Assembly (NCBI GenBank): GCA_963776345.1
Contig: CAVZMH010000015.1
Coordinates: forward strand, 512,001-576,000
Direction: 5' to 3'
Length of the DNA: 64,000 nucleotides
Origin: an uncultured delta proteobacterium
GTDB lineage: Bacteria > Myxococcota > Myxococcia > Myxococcales > Myxococcaceae
In this document: in pieces, positions 21,878 through 32,333 of the stretch
How positions within the stretch are numbered: the first letter of the stretch is position 1
Layout of the letters: each line of letters begins with the position of its first letter
Made by a program: the position numbers and the translations under genes
Notes under the pieces: generated by a model
Told to the model about the DNA's origin: nothing
The model's database searches: none
What the model saw: the letters and a program-made list of their open reading frames with translations, nothing else

Positions 21878-23005
21878 CTAGCGCAAGGGCGGCAGGAGGA
21901 TGAACTCCTGCGGTCCCAGGCGGCGGTAGTAGTAACGCTCCACCCAGGGGAAGCGCACGTCGCTGGAGGACAGGAGCCCCTGCTCCACCAGCGCCTCCAG
22001 GGACCCCGGGACCTCTCCTCGCTCGAGCCGGTACACCGCCAGCGCCCCCTCGATGCGGCTGACCTGGGCCCGGGTGATCTGCTGCCGGAGCACCCCCTCG
22101 GCGAAGCCCGCGCCGGTGCTGGAGCGGACCGCCCAGGGATTCAGCTGCGTCCCCAGCAGGACGCCCACGATGCCCGCCAGCACCACCATGCTCACCGCCA
22201 GGCGCCCGAGCGCCCCGCGCACCTTGTCGACGAGGCCGATGTCGTCCTCGGGCAGGTCCGGCTCGCCCACCGGCATCAGCGCCGTCAGGTGGCCGAGGTT
22301 GGCCAGGTTGCAGAGCGCCTTGCAGGTCTCGAACTCGCCGAGGCACGACAGGTCGATGAGCTTGCGGACGTCGCGGTACCCGTTCACCAGGGCGAATACC
22401 CGGCGCTCCGACGGTCCGATGGACGCGAACTCTCCCGAGGGGTCGGAGGCCGAGGGCTCGGGCGCGAGGGACTTGCCCGGGGCGAAGACCAGGTCGTAGC
22501 GAGGGATCCGCTTCCGGATCACCGGCCACTCGTCCACCATCCGGAAGCCTTCCATCAGCACCGACTCGGCGCGCACCGGATCCAGGTCGTGCGTGTCGTG
22601 GTGGACGGGGCCCTGCTGGAACTCGTAGGTGCCGGTCTTCCAGGTGAAGAGGCGGTAGAGCGTCTCGTTGAACTGCAGCTGCGCCATCCGCCGGTACTGG
22701 TCCTTGGTGAGGACGCCCTGGGAGATGAGGCAGTCGCCGAGCCGCTGGAGCGAGCGCTTCTGCGTCTCGAGCGCCAGCTCCAGCTGGGATTCGGTGATCA
22801 GCTCGGCCCGGACCAGCATGTGGCCGAAGAGATCCCGCTTCTTCTTCGTGGCGCTCTCGGCGGAGACGATGGCCCCGTCGACGAAGCCGACCTTCACCTC
22901 CTGGTCCTTGGACCGCAGATGCAGCACGCCGGTCTTCTGCTGCTGGGCGATGAGCTGGAGGATGTCGGCGATGCCGAAGTCCTTGAGCGTGCCGGCCAGC
23001 GCCAT
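21878..23005 (-). CDS. DUF4388-domain membrane protein with MshEN-like repeat and pseudopilin-like C-terminus
   Basis: LAGTLKDFGIADILQLIAQQQKTGVL (DUF4388 pattern), tandem xxG..L..Q repeats, TM near aa 270-290 and C-terminal ALAVYRLERGEVPGSLEALV...PW..YYY. Confidence 0.75.
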   Translation of the reverse strand: MALAGTLKDFGIADILQLIAQQQKTGVLHLRSKDQEVKVGFVDGAIVSAESATKKKRDLFGHMLVRAELITESQLELALETQKRSLQRLGDCLISQGVLTKDQYRRMAQLQFNETLYRLFTWKTGTYEFQQGPVHHDTHDLDPVRAESVLMEGFRMVDEWPVIRKRIPRYDLVFAPGKSLAPEPSASDPSGEFASIGPSERRVFALVNGYRDVRKLIDLSCLGEFETCKALCNLANLGHLTALMPVGEPDLPEDDIGLVDKVRGALGRLAVSMVVLAGIVGVLLGTQLNPWAVRSSTGAGFAEGVLRQQITRAQVSRIEGALAVYRLERGEVPGSLEALVEQGLLSSSDVRFPWVERYYYRRLGPQEFILLPPLR

Positions 23006-23008
23006 GGG

Positions 23009-25176
23009 CTAGCTCCTCTCCCGCGCCAGGTGACGGAGCGAGGCGCCCCAGGTGACGGCGAGCAGGACCAGGGCCAGCGCCAGCCACCCCGCGGCGCCCA
23101 GCGACAGTCCCGGCGTCCGGAGGAGCCCCTCGCGGTTGACGGCCACGGTGATGCCGAAGGCGAAGACGAAGGCGTGCAGCGCCCCCCGGACGGGCAGCCC
23201 GGTGAAGAGGTGGCCGGCGCCCGACCAGAGCAGGCCCAGCGCATACGCCTGCCGGCTCACCCACGTCTGGTGGTGGCGGACCTCCATCTCCTTGTTCACC
23301 CGCGCCATGGGCGCCACCTTCCCGCGACGGGTGTAGACGTTGACGCACTGGTGACAGAGCTGGCTGTCCTCCACCAGCTCCGGGTCGCAGCGGCGGCATA
23401 CCGCCCGGCCGCACTTCACGCACCCCCGGCTGACCCCTCGCCCGCCCCTCACGAACCCGAGGCCGGCGAGCACCGCCACGCCGGCCAGCGGCACCAGCAC
23501 CGCGGCGCCCGGGTCGAGGTTTCCCACCAGGGTCTGGGCGAGCTGCGCGGTGACGCGGGCTCGCCGCTCGGGCCCGTCGGTCACCGGCGCCTCGCTGCGC
23601 GAGAGCGGGGGGGTGAGGAGGATGAGGTTCATCGCCGGGCGGCTGTCCGGGGGCTCGGCGCGGGTCATCAACCTCTCGTCGAGCCGCTGCGCGGCTGCGG
23701 CGGCGTTCTGCGCCCGGTCGAGCTCGGGCCCGACCGCGTCGTCGGACAAGGTGCGCGCGCGCCGGCGGTACACCCGCGAGACGTTCCACAGCGGCTCAGG
23801 CAGCGTGGGGTCCGCCTCGCTCGCCTTGGTGTACGCGGCGATGGCCTCGGGCCACCGGGTCTCGGCGAAGGCCACGTTGCCGAGCAGCGTCTGCGTCCGG
23901 GCGTCCCCGGGCCGGAGGCTCAGCGCCTTCTCCGCCTGGGCCCGCGCAGGCCCGAGCTTGCCGCGCCGGAGCTCCCAGCGCGCCAGGGCGTACACCTCCG
24001 GGAAGGTGGCCCGGGCCGCCTCGAGCCGCGCCTGCACGTCGGCCGCGGCCTCCGAGGCCTCCAGCCCTCCCCGCTCGAGCTGCAGCACGTCCTCGGCCGG
24101 CGTGCCGGCGAAGGTGGTGGCCTGCGCCAGCGCCCCGGCGAGCGGCGGGACCAGGCAGGCGCCGCCGAGCAGCACGGCGAGGAGCCACCGCTCCTTCGGG
24201 TCGAGGTAGAGCGTCACCGCCGCGAGGAGCACCAGCGACGGGAAGAGCAGGCCCATCCGGAACGCCCACGGAAGCAGCAACACCAGGATCAGCAGCACGC
24301 CCGCCTGCCACCGGGCCACGCCCCTGGGGAAGAGGTGGTGGACGTCGTGCACCAGCGAGGGGACGGTGCGGAGGAAGAGGACCACCAGCGCGGCCAGGGC
24401 CGTGGCGAGCCAGGCGACGAGCACCATCGCGCCGAGGTCACCGAGGAGGCCGCGGCTCCAGCGCGGATCGGCGAGCGCGGCGCGGCCGGCGCTCCGGGCG
24501 TCGGCCCAGAGCCGGCGGAGGTCGAAGGGGTCGTTGCCCAGGTGGGCGCGGAAGAGTCCCCAGTGCGCGTCGGGCAGGTCGGGCGAGAGGGCCACGGCGG
24601 ACTGGGCGAGCTCCACCGCGCCGGCGCCGTCGCGGCCGGCCGAGCGGACCTTCGTGCCCCGGAGCAGGGCGAGGCTGACCGACTCGAGATCGCCGATGGC
24701 CAGCGTCTCGCGCAGCTCCGCCAGGCGCTCGCGCGCGGCGCGGGAGGCCTTCGGGTCGCGGAGCCGCTCCGCCTCCTTCCAGGCGTTGAAGGCCTGGAGG
24801 ATGGTCTCGTCGCCCTCGGTCGGGACGAGGAGCGGCGGCGGCGGGGTGCGGTCCCGGGCCGACGCCGCCGGAGCGGCGTCCGGCGCAGGCGCCGGCACGG
24901 GGGCTGGCGCAGGCGCGCGCACCGGGCGGTGCCCCGGGCGGGCGGGCGCGCGGGCTGGCTCCTGGGCCTGCGCGTCGGCGCCCTCCCCGTCCTGCGCCGG
25001 GGCCTTCACCGGCTGGGGCGGGGGGGCTCGCGGCGGGTCCGGGCCGGGCGCGGCGCGGGGTTGTCCGGCGCGAGCTCCTCCACCGGGCGGGGCGGCTCGA
25101 GCTGCGCCGCTCCGGGGACCGAGGCCAGGAGCACGAGGGTGGCGAGGAGCGCGGGAGCCGCGCGGAGAGAGAGCAT
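23009..25176 (-). CDS. Signal-peptide, multi-TM TPR protein with Cys-rich Zn-finger (one frameshift at G-run ~25020)
   Basis: ATG 25176 MLSLRAAPALLATLVLLASVPGAA (signal peptide) joins ORF 23009-25009 if one base is added in the G7 run 25020-25026. TPR-like helices, TM blocks and CVKC-CRRC-CHQC present. Confidence 0.72.
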
Positions 25177-25260
25177 CGGCAAGCGGGTGCCTCCATGATA
25201 GGCGAGCGCCGCCGGGCCCTCACAATCCGGGTCAATCATGGGGGTCGGGTCGAGGAGGAC

Positions 25261-26400
25261 ATGGGACGCTCGGGAGAGGCCATGGAGCGCCTGGAGGGAA
25301 TCATGCGCACCCTGCGGGCCGAGGGCGGCTGCCCCTGGGACCGCGCGCAGGACATCCGGACCCTCCGTCCCTACCTCGTGGAGGAGACCTACGAGGTCCT
25401 GGACGAGATGGACCGCGTGGGCGAGGGCGGCCCCTGGCGGGCGCTGTGCGAGGAGCTGGGCGATCTCCTGTTCCAGATCGTCTTCCACGCCCAGCTCGCC
25501 CGCGAGCTGGGCGAGTTCTCGCTGGCCGAGGTGGCGACGGCCATCTCCGACAAGATCGTCTCCCGCCATCCGCACGTCTTCGAGGGCAAGACGGTGGGCG
25601 GCGCCGAGGAGGTTCTCCAGAACTGGGCCCGCCTCAAGGCCGAGGAGCGGCGGCGGAAGCACGGACGCGAGGGCTCGGTGCTGGACGGCGTCCCCTCGGC
25701 GGCCCCGGCCCTGCTCCGGGCCGAGCGGCTCACCGAGAAGGCCTCGCGCATCGGCTTCGACTGGCCGGACCTGGACGGCGTGCGGGCCAAGCTCACCGAG
25801 GAGCTGGAGGAGCTGGACGGAGCGCTCGCCTCGAAGGACGCCCGGGCCATCGAGCACGAGCTGGGTGACGTGCTGTTCAGCCTCGCCAACCTCGCCCGCT
25901 TCACCGCGACCCCCGCCGAGGACGCGCTCCGGGCGGCCAACGCGCGGTTCACCCGCCGGTTCCACGCCGTCGAGGACGGTCTCCGGGCCCGCGGCGTCCC
26001 GTTCGGGACCGCGACGCTCGCCGAGATGGACGCGCTCTGGCAGGAGGCGAAGGCGGGCGAGGCCGCGGTTCCGCCGCCCGCGTCGCCGCTGCGGGCTGCG
26101 GTGGCCCGGATCGAGCTCGGCGTGCCGGAGCCGGCGCGAGCCCACGCTTTCTGGAACCGAGTGGCGCCAGCGCTGGGCTGGACGGTTGAGGTCGACGGGG
26201 GCACGTGGTCCGTGGAGACGCCGGGGCTGTCCTTTTCCTACTCCGCCGGTGTGGCTGCGCCGGTCACCCTCGCCGTCGATGCGCCCGGCGGCGCGACCGA
26301 GGTGACCGCGCGCGTGCGCGAGGCCGGAGGCGTGGTGCTCTCCGAGCAGCCGCTGGTCTTCGAGGACCCGGTGGGCACATGTATTCAGGTGCGACGCTGA
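25261..26400 (+). CDS. mazG: MazG nucleoside triphosphate pyrophosphohydrolase with C-terminal VOC-like extension
   Basis: GCPWD, EETYEV, EELGDLLFQ, RHPHVF and HELGDVLF. SD GAGGAGG before ATG 25261. Confidence 0.92.
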   Translation: MGRSGEAMERLEGIMRTLRAEGGCPWDRAQDIRTLRPYLVEETYEVLDEMDRVGEGGPWRALCEELGDLLFQIVFHAQLARELGEFSLAEVATAISDKIVSRHPHVFEGKTVGGAEEVLQNWARLKAEERRRKHGREGSVLDGVPSAAPALLRAERLTEKASRIGFDWPDLDGVRAKLTEELEELDGALASKDARAIEHELGDVLFSLANLARFTATPAEDALRAANARFTRRFHAVEDGLRARGVPFGTATLAEMDALWQEAKAGEAAVPPPASPLRAAVARIELGVPEPARAHAFWNRVAPALGWTVEVDGGTWSVETPGLSFSYSAGVAAPVTLAVDAPGGATEVTARVREAGGVVLSEQPLVFEDPVGTCIQVRR

Positions 26401-26420
26401 GCGCGGGTGCGCGCATCTGA

Positions 26421-26581
26421 GTTCCCACAGGAGTTGTGTGGAATCTGGGGAGAACGCTGTGGACCGTGACAAACGCGAGACGAGCGGAAGGCAACCGGCC
26501 GGGCGTGCAGAAGGTTTCAGCGCCGCACACCTCCGAGTCGGCACGCGGCGTTAGCCGGCCGAGAAGGCCCACTTCTCCACA
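26421..26581. repeat. Cluster of DnaA-box-like 9-mers
   Basis: GTTCCCACA 26421, TGTGGAATC 26437, TGGGGAGAA 26446, TGTGGACCG 26458 and TTCTCCACA 26573. Each differs from TTWTNCACA by 1-3 bases. Confidence 0.5.
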
Positions 26582-26649
26582 AGAGCCCTGGTCCGCCGCC
26601 GGGGACCCTGGTTTCCCGGGCACCGACGGTCCCGGGGGTGGGGTCTCTC

Positions 26650-26678
26650 TTGACGACCGGCGGTCCCACCTATAGGGA
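26650..26678 (+). promoter_or_regulatory. Candidate sigma70 promoter of rpsT
   Basis: TTGACG at 26650 followed 15-17 nt later by TATAGG/TAGGGA. Confidence 0.5.
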
Positions 26679-26687
26679 GGGCCGCCC

Positions 26688-26954
26688 GTGGCAAACACCA
26701 AGTCAGCGCAGAAGCGAAACCGGCAGGCGGAGAAGCGCCGTGCCCGGAACCAGGCCGTCCGGACGCAGGTCAAGTCGGCGGTGAAGAAGGCCCGCGAGGC
26801 GCTGGCCTCGAAGGACCCCGCCAGGTTCCAGGAGGCCCTCCGCGCCGCGGCCCGGACGCTGGACAAGGCCGCCAGCAAGGGCGTGCTGCACAAGAAGAAC
26901 GCAAGCCGCCGCATTGCCCGGCTGGCCGCCGCGGCCCGCACCGCCCGCGCCTGA
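26688..26954 (+). CDS. rpsT: 30S ribosomal protein S20
   Basis: MANTKSAQKRNRQ...DKAASKGVLHKKNASRRIARL. Confidence 0.97.
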   Translation: MANTKSAQKRNRQAEKRRARNQAVRTQVKSAVKKAREALASKDPARFQEALRAAARTLDKAASKGVLHKKNASRRIARLAAAARTARA

Positions 26955-26959
26955 TCCGC

Positions 26960-26978
26960 GCGGCGCTCCGTGCGCCGC
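26960..26978. terminator. GC hairpin between convergent rpsT and lptE
   Basis: GCGGCGC-TCCGT-GCGCCGC, with no U-tract. Confidence 0.3.
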
Positions 26979-27002
26979 TCCGCAGGCGTCCCCGTGTCGC
27001 CC

Positions 27003-27497
27003 CTACCCCGTCGAGAGCCGCGTGACCGCGTCGGCGGCGAGCGCGCTCGCCAGCCTGCGGATCGCGGCCTGACGGTTGGCCTCCGTCGTCAGCACGTCCG
27101 CCCGCAGCGCCGGAAGGTAGTCCTCGGTCCCGGAGACGTCGGTGGAGGCGAGCAGCGTCCCATCCCGGAACAGGCGGACGCGGAGCGTGGCCGAGACCCG
27201 GTAGGTGAGCGCGCCCGAGGTGCCCGGGGCGAGCTGCGCCACGCCGGCCCCCACCGCGAGGAGCTCGCCCTCGAGACGGCCCTCGCTGCCCTCGCCACCC
27301 AGGCGCCCCCCCCGCGCGAGCTGCTCGCGCAGCGCCTCGGTGAAGACGCCCTCGAGCCCGGGCTCGGTGGTGCGGTTGACGACGACCGGGGCGAAGACGT
27401 GGCGGATGCCCTGCGGGAAGCCCGGGCCCGCCGCGGTGAAGCCGTAGCCACAGCCGAGCGTCGCGACGCACGCCGCGGCGGCGAGCGCGCGCCTCAT
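27003..27497 (-). CDS. lptE: LPS assembly lipoprotein LptE
   Basis: ATG 27497 overlaps the leuS stop. Lipobox TLGCGYGF and NRTTEPGLE; classical position after leuS. Confidence 0.85.
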   Translation of the reverse strand: MRRALAAAACVATLGCGYGFTAAGPGFPQGIRHVFAPVVVNRTTEPGLEGVFTEALREQLARGGRLGGEGSEGRLEGELLAVGAGVAQLAPGTSGALTYRVSATLRVRLFRDGTLLASTDVSGTEDYLPALRADVLTTEANRQAAIRRLASALAADAVTRLSTG

Positions 27498-29992
27498 CCG
27501 ACGACGAAGTTGATGAGCCGCCTGGGGACGAAGACCACCTTGCGGAGCGCCTTGCCGGCCAGCGCCGCGCGGACCTTCTCCTCGCTCTCGGCCAGGGCCC
27601 GGACCTCGCTCTCCCCGGCGTCGGCGGCGACGCGGATCTCCCCGCGGAGCTTCCCGTTCACCTGGACGGCGTAGGGGAGCACGTCGTCGACCACCAGCGC
27701 GGGGTCGAACCCGGGCCAGCCGAGCGTGACGGTGGAAGCCTTCGCCCCGTACGCCTCGGCGACGGCATCGGCGAGGTGCGGGGCGAACGGGGTGAGCACC
27801 CGGCTGACGAGCCGGATGGCCTCGCCCATCGCCGCCGCCTCGGCCGGCGTCTCCGGCCGGCCGGCGTCGTAGAGCGCGTTGACGCACTCCATGACGAAGG
27901 CGATGCCGGTGTTGAAGGAGAGCCGGTCGATGGCCTCCCCCACCCGCTTCACGCACTTGTGCGCGGCGCGGCGGACGTCGAGCGCCTTGCCCTCGAACGG
28001 CCCCTCGTGCGCCGCCGTCGCGGCGACCTCCTGGTGCGCCGCGGCCAGCGCCCACACCCGCTTGAGGAAGCGGGCCTGCCCTTCCATCTGCTCGTCGCTC
28101 CAGTCGAAGTCCCGCTCCGCCGGTCCGGCGAAGAGCACGTACATCCGGACGGTGTCGGCGCCGTACCGGTCCACGATGGTCGAGGGCGCCACCACGTTGC
28201 CCCAGCGCTTGGACATCTTCCGCCCGTCCGGGCCGTTGACGATGCCCTGGGTGACGAGCCGGGTGACGGGCTCGTCGGTCGGGACCAGGCCGAGGATCTT
28301 CATCCACCGGCTCCAGAACCGGAAGTAGAGCAGGTGCATCACGCCGTGCTCGGGGCCGCCGACGTAGATGTCCACCGGGAGCCAGCGCTTCGCCAGCGCG
28401 GCGTCGAACGGCGCCCGGTCGAAGTGCGGCGAGAGGTAGCGCGCGTAGTACCAGCAGGAGTCGACGAAGGCGTCCATCGTCTCCACCTCGCGCCGGGCGG
28501 GGCCGCCGCACCTCGGGCAGGTCGTCTCGACGAAGGACTTCACCTTGGCCAGCGGCGGCTCGCCCTTGCCGGTGAGGACCGCCTGGGTGTCGATGTCCGG
28601 GAGCCGGACCGGGAGCTGGTCGTCCGGAAGGGGGATGCCCTTCCGCTCGGGGTCGCACCGCTCGCAGTAGACGATGGGGATGGGCGTGCCCCAGTAGCGC
28701 TGGCGGCTGAAGCCCCAGTCCTTCTGTCGGTAGGTGACGGTCGGCTTGCCGAGCCCGCGCTGCTCCAGCACCTGGCCCATCCGCCGGCGCGCCTCGTCCG
28801 AGGCGAGCCCGGAGTACTCGCCGGAGTCGACGAGGACGCCGTCGTCGTTGAAGGACTCGGTCCAGGCCTCGACCGGGCCGAGGTCGCGGCCGTCCGCCGG
28901 GCGGACCACCGGCCTGACGGGCAGCCCGTAGGTCCGGGCGAAGGCGAAGTCCCGGCTGTCGTGCGCCGGGACGGCCATCAGCGCGCCGGTGCCGTAGTCG
29001 CTGAGGACGAAGTTGGCGAGCCAGATGGGCACCGGCTTTCCGGTGAAGGGGTTGGTGGCGAAGGCCCCGGTGAAGACGCCCTCCTTCGGCGCCCCCTCGG
29101 CGGTGCGCTCGATCTTCCCCATCGCCGCCATCCGGGAGGCGAACGCCTCCACCTCCGCCCTGTGGCCGGGCGTGGTGAGGCTCGGGACCATCGGGTGGTC
29201 CGGGGCCAGCACCAGGACGGTGGCGCCGTACACGGTGTCGATGCGGGTGGTGAAGACGCGGATCGCCCGTCCGTCGGCGGTCTTGAAGTCGGCCTCGGCG
29301 CCCTCGCTCTTGCCGATCCAGTTCCGCTGGACGGAGGTGATGCGCTCCGGCCATGCGGTGAGCCCGTCGAGCGCCTGGAGGAGGTCCTCGCTGTTGCGGG
29401 TGATGCGGAAGGCCCACTCGGGCATCTGCCGGTCGACGACCGGCGAGTCGCACCGCTCGCAGCGGCCCTCCTTCACCTGCTCGTTGGCGATGACTGTGAG
29501 GCAGCCGGTGCACCAGTTCACCTTGGAGAACCGGCGGTACACCATGTCCCGCTCCCAGAGCCGGAGGAAGAACCACTGGTTCCACCGGTAGTACTCGGGA
29601 TCGCTGGTGTTGACCTCACGGCTCCAGTCGTAGGCGAAGCCGAGCGACCTCATGGCCGAGCGGAAGCGGTCGATGTTCTCGCGGGTGCGGACGGCGGGGT
29701 GGACCCCGTCCTTGATGGCCGCGTTCTCGGCCGGGAGCCCGAAGGCGTCCCATCCCATCGGGTGCAGCACGTCGAAGCCGCGCATCCGGTAGTAGCGCGC
29801 GTAGACGTCGCCGATCAGGTAGTTGCGGACGTGCCCCATGTGCATGGAGCCGCTGGGGTACGGCAGCATCTCCAGCACGTACTTCTTCGGCGCGTCGGGG
29901 CGGGCGTCGGCCCGGAACAGGCCGGCCTCCTCCCAGCGCGACTGCCAGATGGGCTCCAGGGACTTCGGGTCGTACCGCTCGCTGAGCTTCAT
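27494..29992 (-). CDS. leuS: Leucine--tRNA ligase
   Basis: [43 protein letters not shown] and QVNGKLR. Confidence 0.98.
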   Translation of the reverse strand: MKLSERYDPKSLEPIWQSRWEEAGLFRADARPDAPKKYVLEMLPYPSGSMHMGHVRNYLIGDVYARYYRMRGFDVLHPMGWDAFGLPAENAAIKDGVHPAVRTRENIDRFRSAMRSLGFAYDWSREVNTSDPEYYRWNQWFFLRLWERDMVYRRFSKVNWCTGCLTVIANEQVKEGRCERCDSPVVDRQMPEWAFRITRNSEDLLQALDGLTAWPERITSVQRNWIGKSEGAEADFKTADGRAIRVFTTRIDTVYGATVLVLAPDHPMVPSLTTPGHRAEVEAFASRMAAMGKIERTAEGAPKEGVFTGAFATNPFTGKPVPIWLANFVLSDYGTGALMAVPAHDSRDFAFARTYGLPVRPVVRPADGRDLGPVEAWTESFNDDGVLVDSGEYSGLASDEARRRMGQVLEQRGLGKPTVTYRQKDWGFSRQRYWGTPIPIVYCERCDPERKGIPLPDDQLPVRLPDIDTQAVLTGKGEPPLAKVKSFVETTCPRCGGPARREVETMDAFVDSCWYYARYLSPHFDRAPFDAALAKRWLPVDIYVGGPEHGVMHLLYFRFWSRWMKILGLVPTDEPVTRLVTQGIVNGPDGRKMSKRWGNVVAPSTIVDRYGADTVRMYVLFAGPAERDFDWSDEQMEGQARFLKRVWALAAAHQEVAATAAHEGPFEGKALDVRRAAHKCVKRVGEAIDRLSFNTGIAFVMECVNALYDAGRPETPAEAAAMGEAIRLVSRVLTPFAPHLADAVAEAYGAKASTVTLGWPGFDPALVVDDVLPYAVQVNGKLRGEIRVAADAGESEVRALAESEEKVRAALAGKALRKVVFVPRRLINFVVG

Positions 29993-30046
29993 GGGGTGGT
30001 CGGACGGTCCTACCTGCCTGGGGGGGCGATGGTAAAGAGCGCTCCC

Positions 30047-31351
30047 ATGGGACTCCCCGTCGTCACCATCAGCGGCATCGCGGCTCACGAGAACCAGGAG
30101 GTCGAGCTCCGGGGCTGGCTCTACAACAAGCGGAGCAGCGGCAAGCTCCACTTCCTCCAGGTCCGAGATGGCACCGGGGTCATCCAGGCAGTCATCTTCA
30201 AGAACGACGTGCCGCCGGAGCAGTTCACCCGTGCGGACCACCTGGGCCAGGAGACGGCGATCATCGTCCGGGGGCTGGTGAAGAAGGACGCCCGGAGCCC
30301 CATCGGCTACGAGCTCTCGGTGAAGGACCTCGAGATCGTCTCCGAGGCCAAGGATTACCCCATCACCCCCAAGGAGCACGGGGTGGCGTACCTGATGGAG
30401 CACCGCCACCTGTGGCTCCGCTCCGCGCGGCAGAACGTCATCCTCCGGGTGCGGGCCACGGTGGAGAAGGCCATCCGCGACTACTTCGACGAGAACGGCT
30501 TCACCCTGGTGGACGCGCCGATCTTCACCCCGGCCGCCTGCGAGGGGACGAGCACGCTCTTCACCGTCCCCTACTTCGACCTGGGGAACGCGTACCTCAC
30601 CCAGTCGGGCCAGCTGTACATGGAGGCCGCGGCCGCGGCGCTGGGGAAGGTCTACTGCTTCGGCCCCACCTTCCGGGCGGAGAAGAGCAAGACCCGGCGC
30701 CACCTGACTGAGTTCTGGATGGTGGAGCCCGAGGTCGCCTACATGACCCTGGCGGAGGACATGGTCCTCGCCGAGGGCCTGGTCTCGTTCATCGTCGGTC
30801 GGGTGATGGAGAAGCACGAGAAGGAGCTGGTCTCGGTGCTGGAGCGGGACGTGTCGAAGCTCAAGGGCGTCCAGGCGCCCTTCCCGCGCATCACCTACGC
30901 CGAGGCCATCGAGCGGCTGAAGGCGGCCGGACACCCCGCGAAGTGGGGCGACGACTTCGGCGGCGACGAGGAGACGGTGCTGGCCAGCCAGTTCGACCGG
31001 CCGGTCATCGTCCACCGCTACCCGGTGGAGCTGAAGGCGTTCTACTTCAAGCGGGACGCGTCGGACCCGCGGGTGGCGCTGGGCATGGACGTGCTCGCGC
31101 CCGAGGGCTACGGGGAGATCATCGGCGGCGGCCAGCGCGAGGACGACCTCGAGACGCTGGAGAAGCGCATCGCCGAGGCGCACCTGCCGCGCGAGGCGTT
31201 CGGATGGTACCTGGACCTCCGGAAGTACGGGACGGTGCCCCACGCCGGCTTCGGGCTCGGCGTGGAGCGGACGGTGGCCTGGGTCTGCGGGCTCCACCAC
31301 GTCCGGGAGACGATCCCCTTCGCCCGGATGATGGAGCGGATCACCCCGTAG
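30047..31351 (+). CDS. asnS: Asparagine--tRNA ligase
   Basis: [38 protein letters not shown] and [11 protein letters not shown]. Confidence 0.96.
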   Translation: MGLPVVTISGIAAHENQEVELRGWLYNKRSSGKLHFLQVRDGTGVIQAVIFKNDVPPEQFTRADHLGQETAIIVRGLVKKDARSPIGYELSVKDLEIVSEAKDYPITPKEHGVAYLMEHRHLWLRSARQNVILRVRATVEKAIRDYFDENGFTLVDAPIFTPAACEGTSTLFTVPYFDLGNAYLTQSGQLYMEAAAAALGKVYCFGPTFRAEKSKTRRHLTEFWMVEPEVAYMTLAEDMVLAEGLVSFIVGRVMEKHEKELVSVLERDVSKLKGVQAPFPRITYAEAIERLKAAGHPAKWGDDFGGDEETVLASQFDRPVIVHRYPVELKAFYFKRDASDPRVALGMDVLAPEGYGEIIGGGQREDDLETLEKRIAEAHLPREAFGWYLDLRKYGTVPHAGFGLGVERTVAWVCGLHHVRETIPFARMMERITP

Positions 31352-31358
31352 GTCTCGC

Positions 31359-32333
31359 TCAGGGCGAGGTGTAGTGCCCGGTGACCGGCACGCGCTCGTC
31401 GTTCGCGCGGCCGGCACACTGCGTCGCCTGACCCTTCAGCTGACCGCCGTTCGCCTGGACGTCGAGCACGGCGCACCCGAACGCCAGCGAGCCCTTCTTC
31501 TCGCTCTCCAGCGTCAGCGCCTGCCGCTCTTTGCTGATGCTGTCGATCTCCGGCTGTAGCGGCTTCATGCACGCGCTCATCTGGCTCTGAGGGCCCTTGG
31601 TGCAGGCAGTCATCTTGGCCATCACCGCGTTGAACCTGGCGTCGAGGGCCTTCCACTCCTTGGACTGCATCAGGGCCATCATCCCCTGGCTCTGGGCCAT
31701 CGCCTCCTGCTGGCTGGTCTGCCTGTTGAGGGACAGAGAGTGGCTCCCGCGCCGGACCTGGTAGGTGTACGTGCCCAGGACCTTCCCCCCGCGGCGCCAC
31801 TCGCCGGTGGCGGTCGTCTCCTCCTTCCCGCAGGGGAAGGTCACCTTGAGGATCATCGTGTCGCCCGCGACCTCGAAGGTGAAGGTGTGCTCGCAGCCGA
31901 TCTCCAGGCCGGGCAGGGTGACCTGGATCGTCGACACCGCGGAGATGGCGGAGACGCCGAGGAGCTCCGGCGGTGCATCCGGCTTGGCCTTCACCGTCGC
32001 CTCCCAACCGGCGGCGGTCTGCTTCTCCTCCACGATCTCCACGTCGTTGCTCTGGACGACCACCAGGCTGCCCTGGGGGAGCTTTCCCTTGACCTCGAAC
32101 CTGCCCGTCTTGCCCGGGCAGAGCGCGACGCACCGGGCGGCGGCGCCGCCACCGGAGCCGATCCCGGAGAAGGTGACCTCCGGGGTCGGGTACTTTGCCT
32201 TGAGCGCCTTCGAATCCAGCCCGAGCTGTTTTCGCTCGGCCGAGGCCTTCGCGTAGAACTCGGACTGGCGCTTCTGCCAGTCACCGCCGGTCGCGGGGGC
32301 GGCCAGCACCAACAGCACGACGAGCCGATTCAT
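31359..32333 (-). CDS. Hypothetical secreted protein (Cys-containing, beta-rich N-half with coiled-coil insert)
   Basis: ATG 32333 MNRLVVLLVLAAPATGG (signal-like), GGAGGG SD, strong GC3 bias. ATGA overlap with the upstream gene. Confidence 0.7.
   Translation of the reverse strand: MNRLVVLLVLAAPATGGDWQKRQSEFYAKASAERKQLGLDSKALKAKYPTPEVTFSGIGSGGGAAARCVALCPGKTGRFEVKGKLPQGSLVVVQSNDVEIVEEKQTAAGWEATVKAKPDAPPELLGVSAISAVSTIQVTLPGLEIGCEHTFTFEVAGDTMILKVTFPCGKEETTATGEWRRGGKVLGTYTYQVRRGSHSLSLNRQTSQQEAMAQSQGMMALMQSKEWKALDARFNAVMAKMTACTKGPQSQMSACMKPLQPEIDSISKERQALTLESEKKGSLAFGCAVLDVQANGGQLKGQATQCAGRANDERVPVTGHYTSP

Noticed and set aside
24830..25100. Low-complexity GC repeats
   Set aside because: They encode a Pro/Ala linker in the TPR protein, with no regular repeat-spacer structure, so this is not CRISPR or a VNTR.
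26955..27002. holA missing after lptE (and corC missing between ybeY and lnt)
   Set aside because: These are common lineage-specific rearrangements, and loss cannot be inferred from one window.
28200..28225. LeuRS KMSKR instead of KMSKS
   Set aside because: The catalytic lysine is retained; this is a minor variant without evident consequence.
27494..31417. Apparent N-terminal extensions of LeuS (1307 aa) and AsnRS (1191 aa), and likewise GlyA and the CM fusion
   Set aside because: Each extension is the antisense of the divergent neighbouring gene.
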